DNA from: Callorhinchus milii
Lineage: Eukaryota
Direction of reading: 5' to 3'
DNA length: 64,000 bases
Assembly (NCBI RefSeq): GCF_018977255.1
Contig: NW_024704742.1
Span: 26,724,001-26,788,000, forward strand
Part shown: one piece after another, positions 50,806 to 64,000 of the stretch
How the letters are laid out: each line of letters begins with the position of its first letter
Numbering within the stretch: the first letter of the stretch is position 1
Notes under the pieces: generated by a model
What the model was told of the DNA's origin: nothing
What the model saw: only the letters and a program-made list of their open reading frames with translations
Database searches by the model: none
Program-made: the position numbers and the translations under genes

Positions 50806-51860
50806 CTCAGGAATAGTAAATATTTCCCCATTTTTAACATCATGTTTCTCCTAGTGGGCTAAGTGTGACATATAATTCTTCTTCCCTGCCAGAGCAATGG
50901 CTTTAGGTTTCAGCTTAGCTCAAGTGGTAGTACTTTTATCTCTGAGTGAGAAGGTTATGGGTTCAATCCCCATATCGGGACATTGAACTACTGAAAACTG
51001 CCATTTTAATATATCCCCGGAGGAACTCTGCATTATTGGAGGTGCTATAGTTTGGATGAGATGTTAAATGATGTTCCATCCATTTGTTTAGATGGATGCT
51101 AAGATCTCCAGGTGCTATTCTAAAAGAGAAGGAAGTTTCTCTGGTGTCCTGGCCAATAGTCTCCCAGAATAAAATTGGTGATTCACTTTGTAACTGTTTG
51201 TGAGACATTGCTGCATGTAAATCTGCTGCCAGGTTTACCTACAAAATACAAAGTCACTGCAACTTTCAGTAAAAATTAATGAAACAGCTTCCTGATACGA
51301 AAGGCACTATATCAAATGTGAAGATTATTATTGTTATTCACCCCTTTTTCAGAAACCACTGCCTACTTCCCCAATATGAGCTGTTTATTTTTTCCTGTCA
51401 CTCAGCCCATGGGCTTCTCTCAGCGTCATTTACCAATTTAGTGTCAAATTATGAAAATTATGAGCAGTTCCGCTGGGCACCTGTGCCTATCAGGAACTAG
51501 GTCGACCCTGTTCAGACTTGTTTCATATAGGACGTACACAGCTACCAGTGACTTTAACCCTATAACTCTGGATTGGATTCAAATCTAGAAAAGTAAAGTC
51601 AATCAAGAATAAACATAGGAGACCATTTGACTCTTTGTACCTGTGCCATGTTAACTCTTTCACTGGAGCACACACTTCTAATATATTTCCCTGACAGTCT
51701 CCTGATTCATTTTAATATTAAAAATTATGACAAACATTGTACTTATTTCATTTCACTTGGTTGAGACAACGCACAAGGTTTTTAATGTGTCCTCCCAGCG
51801 TAAAATAAAATAAATAAATGCAATGTGTTCATTTGCAGAAAATAAACTGTGCAAGAACAC

Positions 51861-52188
51861 ATAATAATAATAATAATAATAATCCTTGCATTTAATATAG
51901 CGCTTTTCACGTCGGGAGGACGTCCCAAAGCGCTTCACAGAACACACTGTAAAGTGAATTGACTGTATATTTGTGGGCGAACGCGGCAGCCAATTGCGCA
52001 CAGCAATGTCCCACAAACAGTCGTAGATTGAAAATGACCAATTTAATTCTTGTTTTTAGTTTTGGAGGGATTATTATTAGGCGTGTGGAGTAAGGAAACT
52101 TGCCCAAGGTTTCGCCCTCTGCCTGGAATTGAACTCAGGTCTCTCACTTGCAAAGCGAGTGCTCTAACCACTGAGCTACAGGACTCCA
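51861..52188 (-). mobile_element. tRNA-derived SINE, young short variant
   Basis: Full family match. Confidence 0.92.
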
Positions 52189-52589
52189 CATAGTCTGTGG
52201 TAGATCATTTACAGTAAAATTCTATGAAACAGCTTTCTGATCATTTCAATCCACGTGTCCAGTTTTGTTTTTGAGGATGGTTATGTTGTTTTACAATCTC
52301 AGCTGTTGGTTGAACAAAAACTAGGGCAAGTTTTTGCTCTCTGAAAGTGCTAGTATAAATCACAACAGATTTGGCACAGTGGCATTTGTCACATGAGTAT
52401 TCTGTGCTGTATGTCTGTAAGTTGTTTATCTGTACATGAGGGTATGTGATACTGCTCCATATTAATTAATTACTACTTCAATTAAGCATGATGATTGAAT
52501 ATAAAGCATGTTGTACTCACTGAAAAGCACTACCTCACTGAACATTACATTTTACAATACAAACCTGGGGAGACATCTCAATTATGTGA

Positions 52590-52715
52590 TAAGCCTCCAA
52601 ATCAAATGCAAGGATTATTTATATAAAGGGGTAAGCCTCCAAATCAAATGCAAGGATTATTTATATAAGGGGGTAAGCCTCCAAATCAAATGCAAGGATT
52701 ATTTATATAAGGGGG
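52590..52715 (+). repeat. 42-bp tandem repeat x3 derived from a SINE 3' end
   Basis: taagcctccaaatcaaatgcaaggattatttatataa(a/g)gggg repeated three times. Confidence 0.9.
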
Positions 52716-53579
52716 TTGCGCTGATTAACATCAGCCCAAGTAGTGATGCAATTCAAACTTGTATATTTCCCATCTATGATGTTCAACAGGAAGCTCGCAG
52801 GGAGTTCCTGGTACTTGCCATCCCTAGTGAGGGCTCAAACCTATGCTCGTTGGATGTCAAATGACTAGCTAGTGATTATCCTCCTTGGGGGAGAGACAGT
52901 GGGGTATCTTTGGAGCCTAATTGCACCTTTTAAAAAAAACATGTTGGTGTATTGGAGTCTAACCATCTTAAAACCGCATAGCTTGCTATTGATATTGTTG
53001 TTTGGCAGCTTTCCCACTAGGATTACCCTACCCCTTAAGGCTTTGGCTTGCAGGGTTAACAGGAGCTGAATGGAATGATTCTCTGACCCCAGTGACTGCT
53101 CTACCCTTCCAGGTCCTGCCAAATCTAGCTCAGAATTTTACTGATAAAATTCACTTCACATTCACAGTACTCACAAGTGAGACTGCTTCAGACAGTCTTC
53201 TACCCCGCAGACAGAAGTATACAAAACAAAATTACTTCAAACTAAAAGTGCTGCCTTCTAAGAAATGACCTTATACAGCAAAATAAACTTTCACTTTCAA
53301 AACAAAATGAGCAACTAATTTGCTAACCGATGCTGGGCGCTGACCATTAAGTGTATGATAAATGAGGAGAACCTACTCTATGTCAAGATTTACTTTATCT
53401 TAGCATTTCAGAGCATTCATAATTTGTCAAATCGTCGAATTCAATCTTAACTTGAAGCCTGGTTTCTGCAGTTAAATTGTCTTAAAAATAAGAATTTATT
53501 AAATGCTGCACACTCAAAATGCTAGGAAAGTAGTATGAATTGTAACTCAATAACACAAGCGCTCACCTAATCAGCCTAT

Positions 53580-54005
53580 GTGTCACATGGCTCGGTTGGT
53601 AGCACTCTCATCTCTGAGTCAGAAGATTGTGGATTCCAAGCCCCATTTAACAACGTTGAGCTCATAGTCTAGGCTGATACTCCAATACAGTGTTGAGGGA
53701 ATATTGCATTGTTGGAGGTGCCGTCCTTTGGAGAAGATGTCAAATTCAAGTCTTGTCTGCCTATTCAGATGGATGTTCAAGATATCATAGATTTAAAAGA
53801 GAGAAGGCAGTTTCTCCTGGTGTCCTAACGAACAATCCTCCAAATAAAATTGATCATTCACTTCAATGCTGCTCTTGGGACGTTGCTATGTGCAAATTGC
53901 CGCATTTGTCAACAAATACACTGTCGCCACATTTTACAGAAAATCCTGTGAAGCGATTTGAGATGCCCTAACATAAAAGCTTCCATATTAAATGCAACAA
54001 TTATT
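53580..54005 (+). mobile_element. DeuSINE-like SINE
   Basis: Same architecture as 44299-44750. Confidence 0.75.
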
Positions 54006-55566
54006 ATCATTTATCATTTCAATTCATTGTCTGTATCGCATCAACATCAAGTTCATTCATCAACTATGAAAAATTAGTTATGTTGATCAGGGTACTTAAT
54101 GTATTTCAAAATAATATTCCCCTCTATTACTTAGCAGTGCCTATGAGTTATCTATTTCCCAGCCCCATCTATTTCTTTTTTAATATCTTTCTTCCAGATC
54201 TATATATATATTGTCTTTTAATTCTGTGTCACAACAGCATGATATATAGTTCTGAAGAAACAATGCTATCAAGTACTAATTATTAACTCAAATAACAAAT
54301 CCTTTGTGTGTTTAAATTTTCTGGGAATTTAATGAAACCTTAGGTAAAATGTACCTAAAATAACCATCAGCACAGATGCCAGGGATGTCTCTGCGGTGAC
54401 TCTTAGGCATTAAATCTTGTCTAACCGGCAAGATTTGGCAACCTCCACTATAATTATACTGGTATTTCAGAACGACTCATGTGATATGAATTCTTTAAAT
54501 GTTTAAACAATACAATGAAAGAATTCCACAAACAGGGTGTTATTGCAAGTAATTGTCTGCTTATAAATAGGGAATTTACTTGTTGGTGTAAAATAGTCAC
54601 AAGTCTACTTTGGTGTCTCCTGCATGATTAAACTGCGTTAATCAAAACTGAAACCCAAGATAATAATAATCCTTGCATTTGATATTGCGTCTTATCACAT
54701 CTTCGAGACATCTGAAAGCGCTTCACAGAATAAGATGAGGAGATTCAAGACGAGGAGAGGCACAATGTAAAGGAGCTTGGCTGCACCATACATGAACTGA
54801 GTTCACAATCTGTGTTGTCAAATAGAGGTGCTGAGGAGAAACCAATTTTGTTCCCCAATTGGGGTTGGGGGCGTCTGGCAGCAGATCTCCTCTCCCATTA
54901 CCATCTTGGTGGGAAATTATTTCTAGAACAGGGCGACCTAAAGAGGAGAGGAGGTGAAAGGAAAAATATATCAACTAACTAATCGTAATTGGCAAATCCT
55001 TCAAACAGAAGGTAAAAACTGAATTAGCCTAATAAGAGAATTATACCATAGATTCTTCAATAGAAATTATGCTATTAGTGTTATTATTGAATATCCAAAT
55101 AACTTGTCAAAGGCTGTGAGAGATTTTTTGGGGCAGACCAGGTGTCTGACTCTTGCAGAAACCCATCGCCATGCTTAAGAGTATTAAAACCAAACTGAGA
55201 TTTCCATGCATCCCACCTACATCTGGAGTAATATCGTTGTTGCCCACACACACATATATGTATTTAGAATGAATGTATCTCTTAATATTGGACCACAACA
55301 AGGATTCAGTTTTGAAAACAATTGTGATCTCATGAAGCCATTCTAAGATCCTCTTTTCAAACAAAAGCTTGCAAGTGTGTGATTTTTCCAAAATAAAAGA
55401 CCAGAGGTCAAATCCAATATTTCCAAAATGTTTGTGATCTTCTGGTAAAATAGTGCAGTTATGAGTATATTTGCCACTCAAAACAGTCACTCCACTTTAT
55501 ATATCCTATGAAGCACTTTGACAACCTCCCAGTGTGAAAAGCACAATTCAAATATAAGGATTATTG

Positions 55567-55982
55567 TGTCAGCTTGGCTCAGTTGGTAGCACTTACCTTT
55601 GAGTCAGAAGGTTGGTGGTTCAAGCCCCACATCGGGACTTGGAATCACATAGTCTAAGATAACACTCTAATGTAGTGCTGGGGAGAGTTGCATTGCTGTC
55701 CTTCGGATGAGACGTTAAACTGAAGTCCTGTCTGCCTGTTCGGGTTCAAGAGACCATGACTCTATTCGAAAAGAGAAGCGAGTTTCTTGTGGTGTCCTGG
55801 CCAACATTCCCTCCAAATAAAATTGGTCACTCACTCCATGGCTGTTTTGCGGGACATCGCTGGGCACAAATTGGCTGCTGCATTCACACACAAATGACAC
55901 TGTCATTCACTTTACAGTATATTCTGTGAAGCGCTTTGAGATGTCCCCCGGTGTGGAAGACACAATACCAAATGTAAGGAAT
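55567..55982 (+). mobile_element. DeuSINE-like SINE
   Basis: Same architecture as 44299-44750. Confidence 0.8.
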
Positions 55983-56217
55983 ATTTCTTAAATCGCATTT
56001 ATCAAAACTGAAACAGTTTTACTGCAGTCACATCGGTGTAAAGAAGGACTTCTACTTAGGTTTAGATTTCAGCATCTCACAGTTAGGAGCTTCAAGGGCT
56101 CTAAAGAAAAAACAGGAAAATTGCTAAAAAAAAGACAGGTAAGAACACATTTCCAGACATTACATGGCAAAGAGCATGATATGAGTGTAATTATCTAATT
56201 ATTTGCTTTATTGTAGC

Positions 56218-57860
56218 AAAGGACTGAGCTGTGTTTATAAAGTGTCCGTAACTAAAACAAAGCTATGTCCTTGACTCAAAACCTGGAGCTGGAAATCTCT
56301 GAGCCAAAGACTGAGTAAAAATGAGATACATATTATAGTACTAAACACACAGTGAGAAACATGTAGCAAACCCAAAGCTCCAGATATGTGAATATTGGCA
56401 GTACTGAAATTATATATTTTTTAACAATTATAATTCAGTTATCATATACAATTTGCATTTTATGTACATCTCAAAACACATAACAGCTTAAGTGTTTAGT
56501 GACTCTATTTGTAGGCAACTAATTTGTTCACAGCGATATTCCATAAACAACCATGACGCTTTTTTTTGGTCAGTCCGGTGTCTGGCCCATCACCATGCTT
56601 AACAGTATCCGAAGACTGTGAGTTCCACATATGAATGTCCCCAACACATTGAAATGTTGCTACGTCAGCAATGGAATGCACATTCTCTCTCTGGAGAGGC
56701 ACACCCTGCTTACCTAATTCCGGAGAATATTCAGTGCAGGTTGAAAAGAGTCAAAGCTTCGAGACCCCGTAGTGTGTTGAGGTAAGAAGCTAAGAAGCTA
56801 AAATCACATACGTTTGCCATCCAGAGATTTAGCAAGTTAACTGGTTTTTTTTTCCAGGTCGGAACACCTTACCCATTAATGCTTTGCCTTGAGGGGCTAA
56901 CAGCAGCTGAGTGGGAAGAATGCTTCTAGAGATAGGTCTGCTTCTCTAGGTCCTACCGATGAGCCAAGCTGTCTGGTCTGTCATCTGTAGTACCCTGGTG
57001 TACTGTGGACTTAGCTGACTCAGGAACTACACTACCAGGACCACCACAGAGGATTTATTCAATTCCAACATGCCATTGCCAACCACTTTATCTCAGCCAA
57101 CTCAGCTAGAGGGATCCATGAAGTGAATTTATTTGGAGATGCAGAAACTTTCAAAGCAGGACCTTAGTTTAACATATCATCTGAAGGACAGCACCACCAA
57201 TAATAAAGCACTACCCCATTGCTGGGCTGCAGTGTGAGCCGAGCTTTTGAATTAAAAGTTCCAACCGGGTAGAGGGGATTGGAACCCATAATCTTCTGAA
57301 CCAGAAGCAAAAGTGCAACTGACTGAGCCAAGCTGACACCATTTGAGTGTGTGTGTGTGTGGGGGGGGGGGGCGATGGGGCACAAACTTTTTTATATATT
57401 TTAAATATATAAATATTTTTAGAAATCTGTGTGGTAGAAAAAAACAACTATGCTGGCAGTGCAGCACTGTAATACAGTTGGAAGCTACAATAGTTGTGGA
57501 AAATGTTATAACCCACAAAAATGTATCTGTCTGCAGCATATCTGGAAAATCAACAAATATACGGAGGAAGCCCGGGATGTTGTGCTCTGACACTACTGAC
57601 ACCTCAGGATGGGTTAACAGTAACACTAACAACACTTTATTTTGCTCTTACCCTTATGAGGAGTGTTTATTAGGTGACAATATTCACAGATCTGGAGCTT
57701 TTAATTTGCTACATGTTTCTCACTGTGTGTTTATTACTATAATATGTATCTATTTTTTACTCATTCTTTGACTCAGAGATTTCCAGCCCCAGTATTTGTG
57801 TCAAGGACATAAAGTTTTGTTTTACTTACAGATACTTTATAAACACAGTTCAGTCCTTTT
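56218..57860. repeat. Inverted duplication of about 180 bp (56218-56398 vs 57678-57860)
   Basis: Reverse-complement alignment, e.g. ggactgagctgtgtttataaagt vs actttataaacacagttcagtcc. Confidence 0.8.
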
Positions 57861-59112
57861 AACAGATTCAACAATTAGTCTTGTTTATACTTTGTAAAAA
57901 TGAACTTTTTTCTCTTCTAAACTAAATTTACAGCCTTCCTCCCACCTTCCACCATTGAGTTGCATCATGGAATGAAGTGTGGTCAATCTTCAAGAATAGA
58001 AAGTACAGAGTACAGAGGTTCTGTTCTTTTGTTTATTGCTAAATTGTTCTGCGACAATAAGGTACAATATAGCAATATTGGTACTTCAGCTGAAATGATT
58101 CATTTTTACAAAAAACAGTTTGAAATATTTGTAAGGCTTATTAAGAACACTTGTGAGAAGACCCTCACTCAATACAACAAAGCCCTGTAGTAAATTTATA
58201 AAAGTTGATTCTTTTCCATCTCATGGTTCCTATAACTCTCAATATTTTTTGCGACTGCATGGGAAACAAAGTGAAGATGCTGGGAAAAAGATAAGAGTGA
58301 AACCTGGAAAGGACAGGATCACAGAGATGGTGAAGAAGTATGGAATGGTTGATGAAAGCAACCGTAGGATTGCAGCAGGTATTTGTTTGGGAGAACCAGT
58401 TAGTAGTGCTGCTTTTTTATGAGAGGTCCAAGGTTTTACTGATGTGAATTCTGATCATAGTTGTAAAGAGACTAAGCTTCCGTTCACTAAACTGGAAGAG
58501 AAGGAAGTGTCTACATTCTTAGCCTGGCCACTCGCATGCACTTTCTGTTAATTTGAGTGGCTGACGTTGACTCAAATCATCATTATATTTCAGTTTTCAT
58601 TTTTTTAAATGAACTTGTTGACTCAGAAATTTTGTGAGACTTTGCGTGGTCCGAGCTCCCGAGACAATCAAGCTCACACAGACAAGTGAACATTAACTTT
58701 TCAACCTTTACCAAGGAATGTGAATAATACAGGAAGGTATAATTGCTGATCCGAAGAACAGAATGTACAGCTGCAAGAGTTTTATTGGTAGTAGTTTCTT
58801 AATAGTTTCTTCATTCTTTTCCTCAGGCTAGTTTGTGCCCCATTTTTATACATGTGAATACACAAGTTTTTCGTAACCTTTAAGACCATCTGGTTTATCT
58901 CACAGATACAATTTTCTTGTTTTTACTCCCAACCTAACAATGACCATTTCATTTGAACATTCTGCAAGGCCACCCAATTATTACACACAGACACCACTTC
59001 TTTGTCTTACTTCTCACATAGTGCAGGCCACCTGTTGCACATTTCTTTATTCACATAACTATACCAGACAGAGCAAGGAGATTAGATAAATAAAAGGCAG
59101 ACACTATTCATT

Positions 59113-59815
59113 TAATAATAATAATCCTTGCATTTGATATAGCGCTTTTCACGTCGGGAGGACGTCCCAAAGCGCTTCACAGAACACACTGTAAAGTGAA
59201 TTGACTGTATATTTGTGGGCGAACGCGGCAGCCAATTGTGCACAGCAATGTCCCACAAACAGTCGTAGATTGAAAAAGACCAATTTTTATTATTGTTTTG
59301 GGTTTTGGAGGGATTATTATTAGGCGTGTGGAGTAAGGAAACTTGCCCAAGGTTTCGCCCTCTGCCTGGAATTGAACTCAGTTCTCTAACTTGCAAAGCG
59401 AGTGCTCTAACCACTGAGCTACAGGACTCCACTGAGCTACAGGACTCCACAGGTAAACTCCACAGGTTTCTAGCAGGTAAACAAGTACAGCAGTGAAATC
59501 CTGTAGCTCAGTGGTTAGAACACTCGCTTTGCAAGCGAGAGATCTGAGTTCAATTCCAGGCAGAGGGCAAAACCTTGGGCAAGTTTCCTTACTCCACACA
59601 GAGCCTAATAATAATCCCTCCAAAAATAAAACAATAATAAATTGGTCATTTTCAATCTACGACTGTTTGTGAAACATTGCTGTGCGCAATTGGCTGCCCC
59701 GTTCGCCACAAATATACAGTCAATTCACTTTACAGTGTGTTCTGTGAAGCGCTTTGGGACGTCTAGAAGATGTGAAAAGCGCTATATCAAATGCAAGGAT
59801 TATTATTATTATTAT
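59113..59815. mobile_element. Head-to-head pair of young tRNA-SINEs (59113-59448 -, 59497-59815 +)
   Basis: Both are full family matches, about 50 nt apart; the left copy has an 18-nt head duplication. Confidence 0.92.
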
Positions 59816-61054
59816 AACCATCAGCAAAACTTCACTTAGATGTACAGCAGTAAAATAATGCCGAGTTATAGTTGGCAAGCTACTGTAACATTTTTCTCCT
59901 CACCCTTCCTGTGTTCTTACTTCAACCAAGAGGGTATGCCTAGGCTACACAGTATTCCACAACCTTTAATGCTGTTTCATATCATCTCACAGGGTAAAGG
60001 GTCACAGGAAGCACACCTTGTACATAGTAATGGTAACTAGCACAAGAAACTTCCCCTCTGCTCTTCAGATAGCCCACCACACACTCCACTCTGAGATATT
60101 TTCCCAATGCGAAAAGCACTATGTCAAACATATGGATTATTATATTATGATTATTATTATTATTAAATTGCCCATCGAAGATAACAGAGTTCAAATAGAA
60201 ATAAAACTGAGATTCAATCTTTGATTCAAAACAAAATATGGAATCCTACCTGTAATCCAATATGTTTATTATGAATGTAATTTAAATAAACTGATAATGC
60301 CACAGAAGAATTTTAGATATCGAGCAAAGTAACAAACAAACCGATCATTTGATCCAAAATTGACTGACTCTCATACTTTCATCCATTTTTCCCTGTACAA
60401 AATAAATTTGTGTATTCTCTCCAGAATTTTGGAAACCGAGTATCTGGATATAACACTTGTAATTGAGAAAACATATTCGTGTTGAAAGCTTAAGGAGGAA
60501 TTTGAACTATTTCCTCATCAACGTCTCAAGAATTGGCAAATGCCCAACTGCCCACAGAGTAGTTTGTTAAACCTCAAGTCAGGCAGATACTATCACATTT
60601 AATTTTGTTTACTTTTCTCATTTTCAATTCCTAGTTGGGCTGACTGAATGGTTTGCTTGAATGATCACTTCACAGGGCATTGAGAGTCAATGATGTCATC
60701 TGGGACTGAAGTCACATGCGGGGTAGAATGGGTTAGGGAAGGAGATTCCTTCCCTCAAGGACATTATTCAACCAGTTAATTGTTTCACAATAATTCCCCA
60801 AATTTTGATCACTAATGTTTTTCTTGAATCTAAAGCTCACACAAATATTGTTTTGGTATAATATAATAGCAGAATCCTGCAAAAGTGAGGATTTAATATA
60901 AGTGCAGATGATGTCTGAATTTGTAGCACTCCAGCCTCTTGATCAGCAAGTGGTGGGTTCAAAGCCTCAAATTCGGACTTGAACTTATCATTTTGGTTGA
61001 CATTCCAGTGTAATACTGGAGGAGTGCTGAACTGTCAGAGATAAGACAGTTCGA

Positions 61055-61395
61055 ATCCCATAGTGTAGTGGTTAGTGAACTCGCCTCACAAGCAACAGGA
61101 CTCGGGTTCGATTATTGGGCAGGGCAAAGCCTTAGGCAAATTTCCTTACTCCACATGCCTCTGTTTACCTAGCAGTAGTTAGGGAACCCAGTTGTTAGTA
61201 AATTGGCGAATCACTTCCAGAGGGTAATAATCCCCCAAAAATGTGGTCACTCAAAATAATTGTCGTGGCTGCTGCGTTTAACCCACAAAATATACAGTCA
61301 GTCCATTTTACAATATGTGCTGTGAAGTGCTTTGAGACATCTTAATGACATGATGTGCTGTTTAAAATGCAAGGATTGTTATTATTATTATTATC
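61055..61395 (+). mobile_element. tRNA-derived SINE, long variant, inserted in a DeuSINE-like element
   Basis: Family match; DeuSINE-like sequence on both sides (about 60925-61040 and 61397-61530). Confidence 0.75.
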
Positions 61396-62389
61396 GCCCT
61401 TCGGATGAGACATTAAATTTCTGCCTGTTCTTCAAGTAGATGTTTAAAGATACCAAGATACTAGAAATTTCTCTTGGGGTTCCTGCCAAAAAATCTGCCA
61501 GATTAATTGGCTGTCTGTGGGATCTTGCTGTGCTTTCACTGGCTAATTACAAAACAGTCGAGAGAATTGTCAGTAAATATTGTGAAGTGTGTAACATGAT
61601 AAAATGCTATAAAAGCCAAAGTTCTTTTTTCTCTGTAAATGTGAACCCCTTTGCTGGAAGCAAAGAAAGATCTGGAGCGATTACATTTAGAGTAAGTAAT
61701 TATTGTTACTGATTTGCCATACAACAATGTTGTCCTGTCTTTAATCAGATAATTCACCACTTACCTTCCAAAACATAAGGCCATTCGAATTTATGTGAAT
61801 TGTTTCTTCACTCAACCCATTTATCGGCCTTTCTAAACAAACTAAAATAATAAGGAAATAAAGAGACACACCTTCAGTACTTTCAGCACAAAATACTCCC
61901 CCCCACCCCCTCATCTGAATACAGTACTGTTGTTTAAATATAATCTCTGGGAAAATGCAAACTTGACAGAGAATAACTTTGATTTCATAATGTTCCTCCC
62001 ATTAAACCCTCCTATATCATGTCTTTGCAGGCATGATAACTTAAGTGGTAGTGACAAGTTAAGATAGGGTCACATTATCAGGAGTTGTGTCAGGGACCAT
62101 GATGGATGTCTTTTACAAATGGGCTAAAATATTGATTTTTGGTACATTACCATTTCTGTAGCCATAGAATCATAGAAGTTATAGCATAGGAAGAGATCCA
62201 TTCAGCCTAAACTAGTGCTAGCTCATCTACTGTAGCTACTTTAATCCTAATTCCTTGCTCAGTCCATGTACATCAGTAAAATTATCTGAGAGGATGTTTC
62301 TGAACATTAAAGGCTGAAACAGCACAATTGCTGAAACAATACATGTCAAAAGATTGTACCTGAGAGAGCTGACAGATGGCCTTGTGGAT

Positions 62390-63065
62390 AAAGGCAATGC
62401 CCGGAGGAATACTAGGCCACAATGTTGCCAGTTTGAATCCTGCCTTCAGCCCTTCTCCCCCCACCTTTTGGAACACCATCCAACAATCTCCTTGCCTCGT
62501 TCCCTCCTTCAAGGCCCGTCCCAAGAACTTCCTCTTCGACCGCACCCTCCTACCCCCACCCTCCCTGCCCTCCACCTCTCCGAATCTCAATCCCCAGCTC
62601 GGGTCTAATTCCTTGACTGTTCATCGCCTAGGGACGTCCTCCTGACTTGAAAATACAAATTAGTTTGTTGTTGTTGCTCTGTCAAGTTCCATGGGGTCCT
62701 GTAGCCCAGTGGTTAGAGCACTCGCCTCACAAATGAGAACCTGGGTTCCATTCTTGCCAGAGAGAAACATTGGGCAAGTTCCCTTACTCCACAAGTCTCT
62801 GTTTACCGAGCGGTAAGTAGGAACCTGGTTGTTAGTTGATTGGAGGATTGCTTTTCCGTGGGTAATAATTACTTCCAAAAAAAAATAATAAATTGGTCAT
62901 TCAATCCAGGACTATTTGTGGGACACTGCTGTGAGCAATTGGCTGCCACGTTTTGCCCACAAAATATACGGTCAATTGATTTTACAATATATTCTGTGAA
63001 GCACTTTGAGACGTCTTGAAGACATGATAAGGCGCTGTATCAAATGCAAGGATTAATATTATTAA
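62390..63065 (+). mobile_element. L2 3' end (62390-62675) followed by a long-variant tRNA-SINE (62693-63065)
   Basis: AFSPSPPTFWNTI..FKARPKNFLFD with (ttg)n tail; SINE head ggggtcctgtagcccagtgg. Confidence 0.8.
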
Positions 63066-64000
63066 ATTAGTTAATCTCAACCAAGGCAGCATTTGGAACT
63101 CTACAATTGACCTCAATGCTGAGAAAGGGGGGTTTAGCTGTCGATTTCACCCCCCCCCCCCCCCCCACTCCCCCCATGATCACAACTATGTTGCCCGAAA
63201 CAGAACATTAGGTGAGGATAGAATCATGCTCAGCTGTGATACCTCATCGTCCAATTCCCCCCTCCCCCCACTTGGCCAGTTTTAAAAGCTTGGCAAGACC
63301 CACACTTGGACGAGAGCCTATGAAGAACAAAAATAAAGAATCAGGAGGGCATTGGAGAAGCAAATGGTGATTTTTAAAAAGTGACAGTATCTTGATAAAT
63401 GTTAACTTGGCTTCAAGCACTCCAAGATGCTACCCCCACATGAAAGGTGTTATACAGATGCAAGTTGTTGTTGTTGTCTTGCTTGCACTGTGCGAGGCCA
63501 AATCACTTTGGTCCAAGAGATTACCAGCACTTGTGGTTAAAGCATATGCTTAAAGAGGGTAATGATACTCTGCCATTTGCTTGGAATAGACACACACTCA
63601 AATATTATTTAACTTGGGTAATGCTAACCATTATTTGGGATTCAATATAGATAACTAATCTTTTGTGGAAGATATTTTCCCAACAATATTTAGTTTTCTT
63701 TTTGTGGGTTTAAATTTACTAACTTTTCTGCCTCCTGGAGAAACTAGGCTCGTTCAGGGCTGAAACATGAAATGTTTTTTTCTCTCTCTAGAGTTAATTA
63801 AATTTGTGACTAATGTATTCCTCTGTACCCAGACACACAATATTGTGAAACAAAAGTAAATGTTATTTGATTCCAAGGAAAGACATGGTTTTGTTTATAA
63901 CAATGGTTCAACAAATGGGATTATTGCTTTGCTTTTTGTTTCAAATCAAATCAACATAAAAGCACAAACACAAATTATCTTCTGAATCTTGATATCTTTC

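Noticed and set aside
52508..52864. ORF with repeated SLQIKCKDYLYKGV, or a CRISPR-like array
   Set aside because: A 42-bp tandem repeat of a SINE tail with no spacers, in a eukaryotic context.
35215..53268. Apparent paralogous terminal exons GFTRAEWDDSLPSVTGLAFQVLP (about 35340, -) and GLTGAEWNDSLTPVTALPFQVLP (53054, +)
   Set aside because: The same sequence occurs with broken frames at about 12325 and 56895 inside the old dispersed repeat, so the similarity is repeat-derived rather than coding.
58153..58422. ORF ...GKDRITEMVKKYGMVDESNRRIAAG with a donor-like site
   Set aside because: The opposite strand reads INHSILLHHL..VLSRFHSYL, a decayed L2 RT fragment.
1460..59839. Many ORFs ending in ...[11 protein letters not shown]
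   Set aside because: Translations of the SINE body and its (att)n tail.

Overview
Eukaryotic, repeat-rich vertebrate DNA. The CR1, L2, tRNA-SINE and DeuSINE-like repeat mix suggests a cartilaginous fish, probably a chimaera (inference from recalled repeat families). The only well-supported protein-coding content is a tandem pair of + strand single-V-domain immunoglobulin-superfamily receptors with germline V-J-type domains resembling CD28H/TMIGD2 and NKp30. Gene B is complete: exons 18015-18090, 18395-18733, 23460-23573, 24383-24477 and 28163-28234, 231 aa, with an uncharged TM and a tail containing overlapping ITSM/ITIM-type motifs (TLYESI/IDYFAV). Gene A has a V exon (4848-5186) differing from gene B's at only 6 of 339 nt, but it is followed by an unrelated TM exon (6823-6954) with an intramembrane Arg. 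This is the layout of a paired activating/inhibitory receptor, apparently built by V-exon duplication and possibly kept similar by gene conversion. Gene A's leader and last exon could not be fixed with confidence. The rest is a near-full-length CR1, two long L2 copies, many SINEs, an old unclassified repeat, several local inverted or direct duplications, and some weak minus-strand exon-like segments. Repeat boundaries are approximate.
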